A DNA stretch of 64,000 nucleotides from Deltaproteobacteria bacterium. GTDB taxonomy: Bacteria; Desulfobacterota; Desulfuromonadia; Desulfuromonadales; JAAYDE01. Numbering within the stretch: position 1 is the stretch's first letter; every line of letters begins with the position of its first letter. The stretch lies in assembly GCA_012729375.1 (NCBI GenBank), contig JAAYDE010000009.1, positions 1,177-65,176 on the forward strand. Direction: 5' to 3'. The notes beneath the pieces were generated by a model. The model searched no databases and was not told where the DNA came from. It saw only the letters and a program-made list of their open reading frames with translations. Both the position numbers and the translations under genes were made by a program. Positions 45,140-56,900 of this stretch are shown here, piece after piece.

Positions 45140-45721
45140 TCAGCCAAGAGCGTTCTCGATTCGGTCCCAGATGTCTTCCCTTCCCTCGCGGGTTACGCTT
45201 GAAAAACAGGAAAAAGCTTCCCTGGAAAGGGCCGTGATCCGCGAAATCCTGTCCATCTGGGCGGAACGTTCTCCGTGCCCCACCTTGTCCACCTTGGTCA
45301 GAACGGGAATGGTGGGAACAGTGTACTCCTCCAGCCAGTCGAGCATTCGGATATCCTCTTCGTTGGGAATACGGCGGATATCCAAAAGAAGAATCACCGC
45401 TTTCAGTTGGGAGCGCCGGCTCAGATAGCCGCGGATCATCGGCTCCCACTGCTTCCGCACCTCCCGGGGCGCCTTGGCAAATCCGTAACCGGGCAGATCC
45501 ACCAGGAAAAAGGCGTCATTGATGAGAAAGAAATTGATCGTTTGGGTGCGGCCCGGGGTTCGCGAGGTACGCACCAGGGAGCGCCTCCCGAGAAGCCCGT
45601 TGATGAGGGTGCTTTTCCCCACATTGCTGCGTCCGATAAAGGCCACCTCGCCGCAAGGGGTGTCCGGGTAGTGGTCGGCGCCGACGGCGCTCTTGACAAA
45701 TTGGGCTGATTTGACGATCAC
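45140..45721 (-). CDS. engB: Ribosome-biogenesis GTPase EngB (YihA/YsxC)
   Basis: G1 GRSNVGKSTLIN, G3 DLPGYG, G4 TKVDK. The GTG start at 45721 gives a typical ~194-aa length. The ORF-track start at 45841 is probably too long. Confidence 0.8.
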   Translation of the reverse strand: MIVKSAQFVKSAVGADHYPDTPCGEVAFIGRSNVGKSTLINGLLGRRSLVRTSRTPGRTQTINFFLINDAFFLVDLPGYGFAKAPREVRKQWEPMIRGYLSRRSQLKAVILLLDIRRIPNEEDIRMLDWLEEYTVPTIPVLTKVDKVGHGERSAQMDRISRITALSREAFSCFSSVTREGREDIWDRIENALG

Positions 45722-45905
45722 GGGCCGATTCTCCAGATGTTTTGCCGAATTGCCGAAGCAAGGCGGGCAATCAATTTTTGCCGGTGGCGGGAGAAGCGCC
45801 GTTGGTGTATCATGAAGAGAAAATTTTCCCCGGCTTGCCATCCCCGGACGATCTTATCACACCGCAACGCGCCTGTCTTAAGCCTTTGCCCCTGCCAGGA
45901 AAGAA

Positions 45906-46394
45906 ATGGTGAAAGAAGAACAAAAAGAAAAAGGACTCCTGGGCAGTGTTTTCACCGCCTACTTTGTACTGGTTTTTCATGTGCTGCTGATCGTTCTCCT
46001 GTGCCTGGCGGTCGTTTTCCTCCGCGGTTTCAACGAATATCTGGGCTGGATCGTCTTTGGCGGCATCGCCTTGATCGGCCTTTCGATCTATCTCTTCATC
46101 CGCAAAATGCGCCGCGACAACCAGAAGATCCGCGACCTCATCAGGGATCCGGCCTTCCAGGGGAAATCCCTGGAAATCAGCTTTCTGGGCGGAATGGCCA
46201 CCCTCAAAGTGGCCAACAACGGCCCCTTTTCCGCGGAGTTGGGCGCCGCCCAGGCGCCGCCGCAACTGGAAGACCCGCACACGATCCGTATTCGGGAACT
46301 GTCGCAAATAGCCCGTCTGCTGGAAAACAACATGATAACCCAGGCGGAATTCGACAGTCTCAAGGAAGAAATCCTCAAAAAATTCAACCAATGA
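45906..46394 (+). CDS. Hypothetical membrane protein with SHOCT-like C-terminus
   Basis: Two predicted TM helices. The C-terminal ITQAEFDSLKEEILKKF resembles the SHOCT short C-terminal domain. Confidence 0.55.
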   Translation: MVKEEQKEKGLLGSVFTAYFVLVFHVLLIVLLCLAVVFLRGFNEYLGWIVFGGIALIGLSIYLFIRKMRRDNQKIRDLIRDPAFQGKSLEISFLGGMATLKVANNGPFSAELGAAQAPPQLEDPHTIRIRELSQIARLLENNMITQAEFDSLKEEILKKFNQ

Positions 46395-46514
46395 CGAGAA
46401 CAGAAAAGCCCGTCCTTCGAAAGAAAGGCGGGCTTTTCCGTCATGCCGCTTTTCACCGCCCGCCCCTCCGCGGGATGGCCGTGGCCGTAGACGGCAAGGC
46501 TCTGCGGTGAAGCG

Positions 46515-48209
46515 TCACTTCGGGCCGGTCTCCAGCGGGTAGGGCCAGGCCAGAATCCCGCCCTCCATATAACGCACCCGGGAGAAGTCGGCCGCTTTGA
46601 GGATTAAGGCGGCCTCATAGCCGCGCAGGCTGATCTTGCAGAAAGGGATGATCTCCTTGTCTTTGGGGAGCTCCTGTAAACGTCCGCGCAGCGCCCCCAG
46701 GGGAATCAGCAGGGCGCCGGGAATGCGCACTTCCTCGTATTCCTTGGGGCTGCGCACATCCAACAAGACAAAATCCTCCCCTTTCTGCTGTTTTTCGTAA
46801 ACAGCCGCCGGTTCCAGGCTTTCCATGAAACCGTCCAGCTTGTTGCGCAGAGCGTTGGCGGCCTGATGGAGGGGGTCCATGGCCGAGGAAAAGGGCGGGG
46901 CATAGGCGAGGTCCAGCTGGGCCAGCTGATCGACGGTGATGCCCAGGGTGATGCCGGCAACCAGCGTGTCGATCCGCTTGGCGACATCCCCCGGCCCCAG
47001 GATCTGGGCACCGAGAACCTTGCGGCTGACGCGATCGGCGGTCAGTTTGATCAGAATCGGCTTGGAGCCCGGGTCGGTATGGGCGCGGTCGGCGGAGGGC
47101 ACGAGGACGGTGACCGGATCGAAGCCGCATTTGCTGGCCTCCTCGGCCAAAAGGCCGGTCCGGGTCACGTTGCAATCGAAAACCTTGACGATCAGGGTAC
47201 TCAAAACACCGGGAAAGGAGGCTTCCAGGCCGGCGACGTTGTCGGCGACGACACGCCCCTGCTTGTTGGCGGTGGAGCCCTGGGGAACATAGACCTTGCC
47301 CCCGGAAAGAAGATGCTTCGATTCCACGCAGTCCCCGGCGCCGTAGATAGCGGGATCGGAGCTGCGCATCCGCTCGTCGACCAGCAAACCGCCGGTAGCC
47401 CCGATTTCCAAGCCGGCCGCCTTGGCCAGCCCGACCTCGGGCCTGACGCCAATAGCGACAATCACCAGATCGGCCGGGTAATGTCCTTTGCTGGTTTTGA
47501 CACCGGCGACCTCGCCCTGGCGCCCGTCGATGCTTTGCAGGCCCTCGGCAAGACGCAGATTGACACCTTTTTTGCGCAATTCGCGGTGGACCAGGGCGGC
47601 CATGCCGGCGTCCAGCAATCCGGCCATGACCTGGTTCTTCATTTCCACCAGGGTGACATCGAGGCCGCGATGGATCAGCGCCTCGGCCACTTCCAGGCCG
47701 ATGAAGCCGCCGCCGACCACCACCACCCTGGTGGCGGAGCGGGCTTTGTCCAGAATCCTGCGGGCGTCCCCCATGGTCTTGAGGGGATAAACCCCCTTCA
47801 GGTCGATTCCCGGCAAAGGCGGCATCAGCGGCCGGTTGCCGGTGGCCAGAACCAGCTGAGAATAAGGGATCTCCCGCTCCTCGCCGCTTTCCACGTTCTT
47901 CACCCGCACGGTCTTCCGCTGCCGATCGATGGCCACGGCTTCGGTCAGGGTCAGAACCTCGAACCCTTTGCAGTTGGCAAAAAACTTTTCGTCCCGCACC
48001 ACCCCGACGGGGGTTTTGCGCACCTCATCCAGATCCTCGAAAAGACCCTCGATGTAATAGGGGAGAGAGCAGGCCCCGTAGGAAATCTCCTTGCTTTTGT
48101 CAATCACCACAACCTGGCTGGCAGGCTGCACCCGCATCAGGCGGCAGGCGGTTTTCATTCCGGCGGCGACACCACCGATCACAACAATTTTTGGCGCTTC
48201 TGGCGGCAT
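46515..48209 (-). CDS. CoA-disulfide reductase/NADH oxidase-family flavoprotein fused to a C-terminal rhodanese domain
   Basis: GGVAAGMK FAD motif, redox Cys in SYGACSLPYY, a second Rossmann VVVGGGFIGLE, and a C-terminal rhodanese with active-site loop CKISLRG. Confidence 0.85.
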   Translation of the reverse strand: MPPEAPKIVVIGGVAAGMKTACRLMRVQPASQVVVIDKSKEISYGACSLPYYIEGLFEDLDEVRKTPVGVVRDEKFFANCKGFEVLTLTEAVAIDRQRKTVRVKNVESGEEREIPYSQLVLATGNRPLMPPLPGIDLKGVYPLKTMGDARRILDKARSATRVVVVGGGFIGLEVAEALIHRGLDVTLVEMKNQVMAGLLDAGMAALVHRELRKKGVNLRLAEGLQSIDGRQGEVAGVKTSKGHYPADLVIVAIGVRPEVGLAKAAGLEIGATGGLLVDERMRSSDPAIYGAGDCVESKHLLSGGKVYVPQGSTANKQGRVVADNVAGLEASFPGVLSTLIVKVFDCNVTRTGLLAEEASKCGFDPVTVLVPSADRAHTDPGSKPILIKLTADRVSRKVLGAQILGPGDVAKRIDTLVAGITLGITVDQLAQLDLAYAPPFSSAMDPLHQAANALRNKLDGFMESLEPAAVYEKQQKGEDFVLLDVRSPKEYEEVRIPGALLIPLGALRGRLQELPKDKEIIPFCKISLRGYEAALILKAADFSRVRYMEGGILAWPYPLETGPK

Positions 48210-48342
48210 TTGGTCCTCCCCTGTTTTGAATTTTTATTTATATGGAAATATATATATTAAACTAAATAGGTTTTTGCAACCATAAAGTTTCACCGTTCAT
48301 CATTTTATCACACCCACCGGACTCCACGGCGGAGGCTTCGCA

Positions 48343-48379
48343 AAAGAAAAAAGCCCGGCCGTTTTCTCCGCGGCCGGGC
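48343..48379 (-). terminator. Rho-independent terminator downstream of the DHOD-like gene
   Basis: 9-bp GC stem gcccggccg/cggccgggc with a 9-nt loop. On the minus strand it is followed by TTTTTTCTTTTG. It lies ~25 nt after the stop at 48405. Confidence 0.7.
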
Positions 48380-48404
48380 TTGAAAGCTGATGCTGATTTG
48401 CCGG

Positions 48405-49460
48405 TTATTCGATGCCGACAAACAGTTTGATGTACTGAAGGCGTTCGTGGGCGGCGGGGAATTCGCTCTTTTTCTGGCTCAGGGCGCCGCGGAAATCAGC
48501 GATTTTTTGATACTTGTGGGCCGCCATCCAGTTTTTAACCTCCTCAAGCATTTCCTGAACGGCCCCCAGTCCTTTCTGATAAAGAACGGAACAGACCTGC
48601 ACCGCATTGGCTCCGGCCAGAAGCTGCTTGATAACTCCCTTGCCGTCATGGATGCCGGTGGAAGCGGCCAGGTCGCATTCCACTCGTCCCGACAGGAGGC
48701 TGATCCAGCGCAGCGATTCATGAATCTCGTCGGCGCTGCTGAAGGGATTGCCGGCCACCAGCTTGACCTTGTCGATATCGATATCGAGATTGTAATAGCG
48801 GTTGAAAAGAACCAGGGCGTTGACCCCGTTCCAGCTCGGTTTCGATTCCGCCGCGCCGCGGCCGCACCAGCCGACGATGAATTCCCGGGCCTCGATCTTG
48901 CCGCGGCTCAGCGCGGTGGCCAGGTTGGCGAAGGAACTGAAATTGGCGCCGATCTTCAGGGCCACGGGGATCTTGATTTCCTGCTTGATGATCTTGACGA
49001 TATCGAGATAAACGGCTTCCACATCCTGGGCCGTTTTCAGCGGATCACTGGGCAAAACCCCGATGTTGAGCTCAAGGCCGTCGGCCCCGGCCGCCTCGAC
49101 TTTTTTGGCGTAATTGACCCACCATTTTTCGGAGAAGCAGTTCAGACTGGCTATAATGGGGATTTTGCACTCTTTTTTGGCATCCTGAATGAGTTTCAGA
49201 TAATCCCTGGTGCCGAACTCCCGCCCATAGGCTTCAATGAATTCAGCAGCTTCGGTGTCATAGAGATTGACCCCCTGGCCTTGCATCTGTTCCGTTTCGG
49301 CATAGATCTGCTCTTCGAAAAGGGACTTCAAAACGACGGCGCCGACGCCGGCTTTTTCGAGTTTTTTGACCCCCTCGACGGAGTTGGCCAGACTGCTGCT
49401 GGCCGCGACAATGGGGTTGGCCAGTTCAAGACCCATATACTTGGTAGAAAGATCAGCCAT
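48405..49460 (-). CDS. Dihydroorotate dehydrogenase-like (PyrD/PreA family) flavoprotein
   Basis: TIM-barrel DHOD pattern MGLELANPIVAASS...GAVVLKSLFEEQ...ASLN. Start chosen at MADLSTKY. Confidence 0.8.
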   Translation of the reverse strand: MADLSTKYMGLELANPIVAASSSLANSVEGVKKLEKAGVGAVVLKSLFEEQIYAETEQMQGQGVNLYDTEAAEFIEAYGREFGTRDYLKLIQDAKKECKIPIIASLNCFSEKWWVNYAKKVEAAGADGLELNIGVLPSDPLKTAQDVEAVYLDIVKIIKQEIKIPVALKIGANFSSFANLATALSRGKIEAREFIVGWCGRGAAESKPSWNGVNALVLFNRYYNLDIDIDKVKLVAGNPFSSADEIHESLRWISLLSGRVECDLAASTGIHDGKGVIKQLLAGANAVQVCSVLYQKGLGAVQEMLEEVKNWMAAHKYQKIADFRGALSQKKSEFPAAHERLQYIKLFVGIE

Positions 49461-49734
49461 TACAATTCTCTCCCTTCTTTTCCAATATGGTGAAACCCTG
49501 CCAATGGGAATGGTTTGTCGAAATATTCCGGGCAAGCGGCGCCTTTTTCAAGAAAGGTTCCCTCTCTGATCAGCCGCTTCGCCGCTCAATTAAATAGCCT
49601 ATTCTAAAACTTAAAACAACAGGAATATATATCATTTGTAATTCTTACTCAAGAGATGTTCGCCGGCAACGGGATGAAATCCAAGTTCGACGGAGGGAAA
49701 AATCGCCATGCCGCCGTTGCCCGTTGACAAATTG

Positions 49735-50916
49735 TCACCTTCTCAGCCAAATGCCGATGCGGTCGAAGGCCTCATTGATTTCATCTTCATCGCCGCCGAA
49801 GGAGAGACGCAAATGCCCTTCCCCGGCGGCGCCGTAATTGCTCCCCGGCACGGTGATGACCCGGGCGCCGTGAAGGATATCGACGGCCACCTGCCGTGAC
49901 GGCGCAGCAGAAAAATGGTAGCGGGGCATGACATAGAAGGCACCGCCGGGGCGGACATAGGAGAAGGCATCGCCCAGGGCGTCCAGGCGTTCACAGCAGA
50001 GATCCCGCCGGCGGCGCAGCGCCTGCCGCATCTCCTCGACGCCGCTGGCGGGACCGCGCAGGGCGGCCAGGGCGGCGATCTGGGCCGGAGTGGGAGCGCA
50101 GATCGCCGCGGCGTCGTGGACTTTCATGATCTGTTCCATCCACACGGAAGAAGCGGTGAGCCAGCCCACCCGCCACCCGGTCAGGGCATACTTTTTGGAA
50201 AAAGAGGCGACGGTAATGACATGGTCCCGCCATTCGGCAACACTTTCCAGACTCAAGGGGGAGGGACCGTCGTAAACCAGGGCGTCGTAGGTTTCGTCGC
50301 TGATGATCACCAGGCCGTGGCGGCGGGCCAGGGCACCGAGGGCGCGCATCTCGTCGTCGCCGAAAACGGCGCCGGTGGGGTTGCTGGGATTGCAGACGAC
50401 GATCGCCCGGGTCCTCGCGGTCACCGCCCGCTCCATCCCTTCCACATCCAGTCCCCAGTTCTCTCTCTGGAGAGGGACGAAAACCGGCACCCCTTCGGCC
50501 AGCAGGATTTGTTCGATATGGGAGGCGTAGGTGGGAGCCGGCAGCAGCACCTCGTCCCCCTGCTCGACCACCGTCAGAATGGCCGCCACCAGAGCCTCCA
50601 TGCCGCCCACGGTGACGAGGATTTCCTTTTCCGGATCCCGGGCCACGCCCTTGGTTTCCAGCAGATGGGCGGCGATGGCGGCACGCAGTTCCGGCATTCC
50701 CGTCTGCAGAGAATACTTGCCCGCTCGCGGGTCGTTGCGCAAGGCGGCGCAGACGGCCTCGATAATATGGGGGGGGGTGGCAAAGGAGGGAATCCCCTGC
50801 CCCAGGGAAACGCAACCGCCGATACGGGCGGCGAGAATCGGCATCTCCTTGGTGGCGGAAATCTCGATGCGGCTGACGCGGCGGCTGACCCGATGTGGAT
50901 TCATCTTCGCGACCAT
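49735..50916 (-). CDS. Class I/II PLP-dependent aminotransferase (aspartate aminotransferase-like)
   Basis: PLP-Lys motif SFSKKYALTGWRVGW plus NPSNPTG. An alternative start lies at 50904. Confidence 0.85.
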   Translation of the reverse strand: MVAKMNPHRVSRRVSRIEISATKEMPILAARIGGCVSLGQGIPSFATPPHIIEAVCAALRNDPRAGKYSLQTGMPELRAAIAAHLLETKGVARDPEKEILVTVGGMEALVAAILTVVEQGDEVLLPAPTYASHIEQILLAEGVPVFVPLQRENWGLDVEGMERAVTARTRAIVVCNPSNPTGAVFGDDEMRALGALARRHGLVIISDETYDALVYDGPSPLSLESVAEWRDHVITVASFSKKYALTGWRVGWLTASSVWMEQIMKVHDAAAICAPTPAQIAALAALRGPASGVEEMRQALRRRRDLCCERLDALGDAFSYVRPGGAFYVMPRYHFSAAPSRQVAVDILHGARVITVPGSNYGAAGEGHLRLSFGGDEDEINEAFDRIGIWLRR

Positions 50917-50921
50917 GGATG

Positions 50922-52307
<1,386 letters not shown>

Positions 52308-52358
52308 ATATTACCTTTAACCCAGCAGAATTTTTCACTTGTCATTTGCCACCGCTTT

Positions 52359-53024
52359 TCAGCCCTTGCCGAAACCGGGGATATAGAGCTTTTTCTCCAG
52401 CTTCTTCAGGCCGAAGTCGGCGGCGGTGACCATCACCAGATAGTAGAGACCGATGGCCAGAAAAACCTCGGTGAAGCGGAAATAGCGGGTCGCCAGGATC
52501 TTCCCCTCCCCCGTCAACTCGATGAAGGTGATGATATAGGCCAGAGACGAATACTTGATCAGATAGATGATTTCATTGCCGCAGCCCGGCAGGGCGCGGC
52601 GCAGGGCCTGGGGAACGATGATCCAGACCAAGGCCTGCAAGGTGGAAAAGCCGAGGGCCTGGGTGGCCAGCAGCTGCCCCTTGCGGATGGAGAGAAGGGC
52701 ACCGCGGACATATTCGGACTGATAGGCGCCGGTGCAGAGGATGAAACCGAGGACGGCGGCGACATAGGGTTCGAGATAAATGCCCAGATTGGGAAGTCCG
52801 AAGTAGAGAACGAAGAGCTGGATCACCAGGGGGGTTCCCCGGAACAGGGCGGCGTAGCCGTCGCCGATCTTCTGGAGCACGGGATGGCCGAAGGTGCGCA
52901 CCGTTCCGACAAGGACGCCGACACAGAGGCCGATGGAGGCGGAAGGCACAATGAGCAGGAAGGTGTTCCACAAACCCCGGTTCAGCGCGGGGACCAGTTC
53001 CTTGACGAAAAAATCCCATTCCAT
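52359..53024 (-). CDS. Amino-acid ABC transporter permease (His/Glu/Gln/Arg/opine type)
   Basis: 3-TM N-terminal region and EAA-like loop ALGFSTLQALVWIIVPQALRRALP. Confidence 0.85.
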   Translation of the reverse strand: MEWDFFVKELVPALNRGLWNTFLLIVPSASIGLCVGVLVGTVRTFGHPVLQKIGDGYAALFRGTPLVIQLFVLYFGLPNLGIYLEPYVAAVLGFILCTGAYQSEYVRGALLSIRKGQLLATQALGFSTLQALVWIIVPQALRRALPGCGNEIIYLIKYSSLAYIITFIELTGEGKILATRYFRFTEVFLAIGLYYLVMVTAADFGLKKLEKKLYIPGFGKG

Positions 53025-53797
53025 CAGACTTCCGGCTCCTCGGAGAGTTCCTGGAGTTTGGAACAGAAGGCCTGGGTGCGGCTGTTTCTCCCCGGCATCA
53101 GCAAATCGAAAGGGCTTCCCTGTTCGATGATTCTGCCCTCCTGCATGAACAGGATTTCGTCGGCCAGCGCCCGGATGAAGCCGATCTGATGGGTGGCCAT
53201 GATCATCGTCATGCCGTCCTGAGCGAGATTGCGGATGACGGTCAGGACCTCGCCGATCAGTTCCGGGTCGAGAGCCGAGGTGGGCTCGTCGAGGAGCATC
53301 ACTTCCGGGTCCATGGCCAAAGCCCGGGCGATGGAGACACGCTGTTTCTGTCCACCGGAGAGCTGCGCCGGATAGAGTTCCGCCTTGTCGCCGATGCCGA
53401 CCCTCTCCAGTTCGACCATGGCCCGCTCGCGGGCCGCCGACCGGGTCATCTTCTTGACCTTGCGCAGGGCGATGGAGACATTGTCCACCGCGTTGAGATG
53501 GTCAAAGAGGTTGAAATCCTGGAAAATCATGCCGACCTTCTGCCGGTAGGCGTAGAGATCCCGCTTGCGGTGGATATGGATCTCCTGTCCCTTCAGGCTG
53601 ATCTTCCCTTCATCGGGGGGGATCAGAAAGTTGATGCATTGCAGCAGCGTGCTTTTCCCGCCCCCGGAAGGACCGATCAGAACCTTCAGTTCCCCTTTGA
53701 AAAGTTCGAAGGAAACCCCCTGCAGAATCTGTTTGCCGCCCAATTTCTTGGAGATGTTTTTGACCTGCAGAACAGGCCTCGGTTCAGGATTGATCAT
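53024..53797 (-). CDS. Amino-acid ABC transporter ATP-binding protein
   Basis: Walker A GPSGGGKST, signature LSGGQKQR, Walker B MLLDEPTSALD. Confidence 0.9.
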   Translation of the reverse strand: MINPEPRPVLQVKNISKKLGGKQILQGVSFELFKGELKVLIGPSGGGKSTLLQCINFLIPPDEGKISLKGQEIHIHRKRDLYAYRQKVGMIFQDFNLFDHLNAVDNVSIALRKVKKMTRSAARERAMVELERVGIGDKAELYPAQLSGGQKQRVSIARALAMDPEVMLLDEPTSALDPELIGEVLTVIRNLAQDGMTMIMATHQIGFIRALADEILFMQEGRIIEQGSPFDLLMPGRNSRTQAFCSKLQELSEEPEV

Positions 53798-53800
53798 GTC

Positions 53801-54478
53801 TCATCCTTGAAGGTGGGAATAGCCTGGAATGCGGACCTTTTCCTCGAGTTTGCGCAGCACTTTGACACCCATCCAGGTCAGCATGAAATAGAGCAGGGCC
53901 GCCAGCAGATAAAGGGGCAGGTGCTGATAGGTGCGGGAAGCGACGAAATGGGTACGGGCCATGATTTCCGTCGTGCCGAGCACGAAGGCCAGCGCCGAAT
54001 CCTTGAGGATGATGGAATATTCGTTGGAAAAACCGGGAATGGAGAGACGCAGGGCCTGGGGCAGAATGATGGAGAGGATCGCCCGGGTATCGCTCATGCC
54101 GAGGGCGCGGGCCGCCTTGAGCTGGCCGTAGGAGAGGGACTGGATCGCCCCCCGGTAGATCTGGGACTGATAGGCGCCGCTGGTCATGCCGAGGACGAGG
54201 ATGACCGAGGTCAGGGCACTGAGGTTGATGCCGATGAGGGAAAAAAGTCCGAAATAAAAGAGAAAGAGCAGCACCAGAATGGGCACGCCGCGGAAAAACC
54301 AGACATAGAGGCCGACCACGCGGCGCAGCCACCAGGGCCCGTAAACCTGGAAGACGGCGATATGGATGCCGATGACAAAACCAAAGGCCATCGCCCCGAC
54401 CACGGCGAGGGCCGTCACTCCGGCCCCCTCCAGCAGGTAGGGGAAGGCATCCTTTAAGACCTCAAAGGTTTCGAGCAT
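53801..54478 (-). CDS. Amino-acid ABC transporter permease
   Basis: EAA-like loop ALGMSDTRAILSIILPQALRLSIP; paralog of 52359-53024. Confidence 0.85.
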   Translation of the reverse strand: MLETFEVLKDAFPYLLEGAGVTALAVVGAMAFGFVIGIHIAVFQVYGPWWLRRVVGLYVWFFRGVPILVLLFLFYFGLFSLIGINLSALTSVILVLGMTSGAYQSQIYRGAIQSLSYGQLKAARALGMSDTRAILSIILPQALRLSIPGFSNEYSIILKDSALAFVLGTTEIMARTHFVASRTYQHLPLYLLAALLYFMLTWMGVKVLRKLEEKVRIPGYSHLQG

Positions 54479-54573
54479 GTAATTTCAGCGCCTGGATTAC
54501 AAACATGAAAAACCGGAAGGCGCGCTGCATTGCGCCTTCCGGCGTGGAAAAACCACAGCGGCAAAGAACCCTT

Positions 54574-55332
54574 TTACTTCTTCAGGTGTTTTTCGATCAG
54601 CACCTGCCAGTAGGGATCGGCCATGAGCATCGTAAGCCCTTTGTTGAGGGCTTCCAGCAGTTCCTTGTCTTCCTTGCGGACGGCGATGCCGAATTTCTCT
54701 TCCTTCATGCCGAAGGTGCCGAGGATCTCCACCGGTTTCTTGGTGACGGCGTCTTCCGCCGGGGCATCGTCCATGGCGGCGGCGGCGATACGGCCATTGA
54801 CAACGTCCTCGATGGCCAGCGGCGCCGAATCATAATAGGTCAGAGTGAAATTCCAGCCCTGTTTTTCAGCCTCGGTTTTCAGCCATTCGGCTTCCGTCGT
54901 TCCCCTCTGCACGCCGAGCTTCATCTTCTTGGTGCGCACGTCGTCCACCGTCAGGCCGGAGCCCTTCTTGCCGACGAAAACCTGTTTGATGTCATAGTAA
55001 GGAATGCTGAAATTGACCACCTTCTCCCGTTCGGGGTTAATGCTCATCCCCGAGGCGATGAAATCGATCTTCTTGGCGTTCAGATTGGGGATGATGCCGT
55101 CCCAGTCCATCGGCTGATGCTTGACCTTGAAGCCAAGTTTGGCAGCGATCCAGTCAATAGCGTCGACGTCGAATCCGGCCGGCTTCCCTGTTTTATCCAC
55201 ATAGGCAAAGGGAGGGAAGTTGGCGTCAATGCCGTTGATGTAGCTCTTCTCCAGTGCCGAGGCGGTAGGTACCGTCATGGAAATCATCGCGAAAATCCCC
55301 GCCAATCCAAACCAAATCCTATTTTGTCCCAT
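54574..55332 (-). CDS. Amino-acid ABC transporter substrate-binding protein (family 3)
   Basis: Signal peptide MGQNRIWFGLAGIFAMISMTVPTASA and the SBP_bac_3 pattern GFDVDAIDWIAAKLG...DFIASGMSI. Confidence 0.85.
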   Translation of the reverse strand: MGQNRIWFGLAGIFAMISMTVPTASALEKSYINGIDANFPPFAYVDKTGKPAGFDVDAIDWIAAKLGFKVKHQPMDWDGIIPNLNAKKIDFIASGMSINPEREKVVNFSIPYYDIKQVFVGKKGSGLTVDDVRTKKMKLGVQRGTTEAEWLKTEAEKQGWNFTLTYYDSAPLAIEDVVNGRIAAAAMDDAPAEDAVTKKPVEILGTFGMKEEKFGIAVRKEDKELLEALNKGLTMLMADPYWQVLIEKHLKK

Positions 55333-55384
55333 TTTTTTTCTCCCCGCAAAAAAATTAAAGAAACGGTAAAAACGATCCATCGGA

Positions 55385-55413
55385 AATATAGGGAGAAGGC
55401 CGTCCTCTGTCAA
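55385..55413 (-). promoter_or_regulatory. Sigma-70-like promoter for the amino-acid ABC operon
   Basis: On the minus strand: TTGACA (55413-55408), a 17-nt spacer, then TATATT (55390-55385). About 50 nt upstream of ATG 55332. Confidence 0.45.
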
Positions 55414-55577
55414 GAAAACAAAGATCAACAATTCCCCGTGGATTTCAAAAATATTCTTTTATTCCCGATCGGCATGATGTTAGCATAAAAAATTGCCGAA
55501 CGGGGCGGCTTTCGGCCGTTCCCGGGATTAAGTTTGTGGCCGGCGTTCACCCGGACCCGCCAACGCCAACAGCGGAT

Positions 55578-55910
55578 ATGAAACAGATCACGATCGTGGA
55601 TATTCTCGAAAAATTCAACACCCAAAGGGTTATCGAGTCCCTGGCCGAACTCGACATCGGCACCCTGCTCCACAACCCCTTGGTCATCGCCGCCATCGTG
55701 GCGGCGGCGGCTCTCGCCCTCTATCTGAAGTGGCGGGTTCTTTTCGTCACCATTCTGACCGCGACAGCCCTCGTCTGGCTGTTGAACTTCATAATGGAGC
55801 GGGGAACCGATATCGACACCATGAGCAACCCGACCCTGCTGGTCTTTATCGGCATAGGCTGCGGAATCATCGGGCTCATCATCTATTTCATGTTCATCCG
55901 CAGCGACTGA
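55578..55910 (+). CDS. Small hypothetical membrane protein
   Basis: 110 aa, starting MKQITIVDILEKF, with three hydrophobic helices. Ends 6 nt before the dehydratase-like gene. Confidence 0.5.
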   Translation: MKQITIVDILEKFNTQRVIESLAELDIGTLLHNPLVIAAIVAAAALALYLKWRVLFVTILTATALVWLLNFIMERGTDIDTMSNPTLLVFIGIGCGIIGLIIYFMFIRSD

Positions 55911-55916
55911 CCCGCC

Positions 55917-56900
55917 ATGATTGGGATCACCACCACCATACCCCTGGAGATACCGCTGGCGGCGGGAAAAAAGGTAATCGATCTCAACAACCTCTTCATT
56001 ACCCACGAAGACCCCCGCGATTTGACGGAAGAAGCGGAACTGGCCGGTTTCCCCCGCAACACCTGCAATTGGATCAAGGGGATTTACAGTATCATCAAAC
56101 GCCTGGGCATCACCGAAGTGATCGCCGTCACCGAGGGGGACTGCTCCAACACCAAGGCGCTGATGGAGGTGCTGACCACCGAAGGAATCCGCTCGATCCC
56201 TTTCGCCTATCCTTTTTCCCGCTCCCGCAAAGAACTGGCCGCGCAGCTGGAACTTTTCTCCCAGGCCTTCGGCGTGCCGCCGGCGCCGGTCCTGAAAATC
56301 AAGGAGCGGCTGGACAAGATCCGCGCCAAGGTCGGTGAAATCGATCGCCTGACCTGGCAGGAAGGCCGCGTCGGCAGCCTCGAAAACCACCTTTTTCTGA
56401 TCAACACCTCGGACATGAAGGGGGATCCCGAAGCCTTCGAAAAGGAGACCGACGCTTTTCTGGAAGAGGCGCGGCACCGTCCGCCCGCCCGTCCGGAATT
56501 GCGCCTCGCCTTCGTCGGTGTGCCGCCGATCTTCACCGATCTCTACCCGCTGGTGGAAAGCCTCGGCGGGCACGTCGTTTTCAACGAGACGCAGCGCCAG
56601 TTCGCCATGCCCGGACTCCGCCCCTCCCTGGTCGACCAGTACCTGGCCTACACCTACCCCTACGGGATTTTCGCCCGCCTCGAGGACATTCAGGGGCAGC
56701 TGGCCCGGCGGCGGGTGGACGGGGTCCTTCACTACGTCCAATCCTTCTGTTTCCGGCAGATCGAGGACATCGTCCTCAAAAAGGAACTGAACCTTCCCGT
56801 CCTCACCCTGGAAGGGGATCAGCCCGGCCCCCTCGATGCCCGCACCCGCATCCGCCTGGAGAGTTTCATGGAGATGCTGAAAGCGGCAAAAAAGAGATGA
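55917..56900 (+). CDS. 2-hydroxyacyl-CoA dehydratase family protein (HgdB/BcrC/BadD-like), short single-subunit form
   Basis: 327 aa. Three Cys in conserved contexts (NTCNW, GDCSNT, SFCFRQ). The C-terminal LTLEGD pattern is typical of the family. Confidence 0.75.
   Translation: MIGITTTIPLEIPLAAGKKVIDLNNLFITHEDPRDLTEEAELAGFPRNTCNWIKGIYSIIKRLGITEVIAVTEGDCSNTKALMEVLTTEGIRSIPFAYPFSRSRKELAAQLELFSQAFGVPPAPVLKIKERLDKIRAKVGEIDRLTWQEGRVGSLENHLFLINTSDMKGDPEAFEKETDAFLEEARHRPPARPELRLAFVGVPPIFTDLYPLVESLGGHVVFNETQRQFAMPGLRPSLVDQYLAYTYPYGIFARLEDIQGQLARRRVDGVLHYVQSFCFRQIEDIVLKKELNLPVLTLEGDQPGPLDARTRIRLESFMEMLKAAKKR

Noticed and set aside
49728-49739. A shared 12-mer, CAAATTGTCACC, occurs here and at 58652-58663. 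The first copy is part of the palindrome TGACA-AAT-TGTCA. It was considered as a possible transcription-factor site.
   Set aside because: There are only two copies, found post hoc. One sits at the 3' end of a gene rather than in a promoter. It cannot be evaluated without genome-wide motif statistics.
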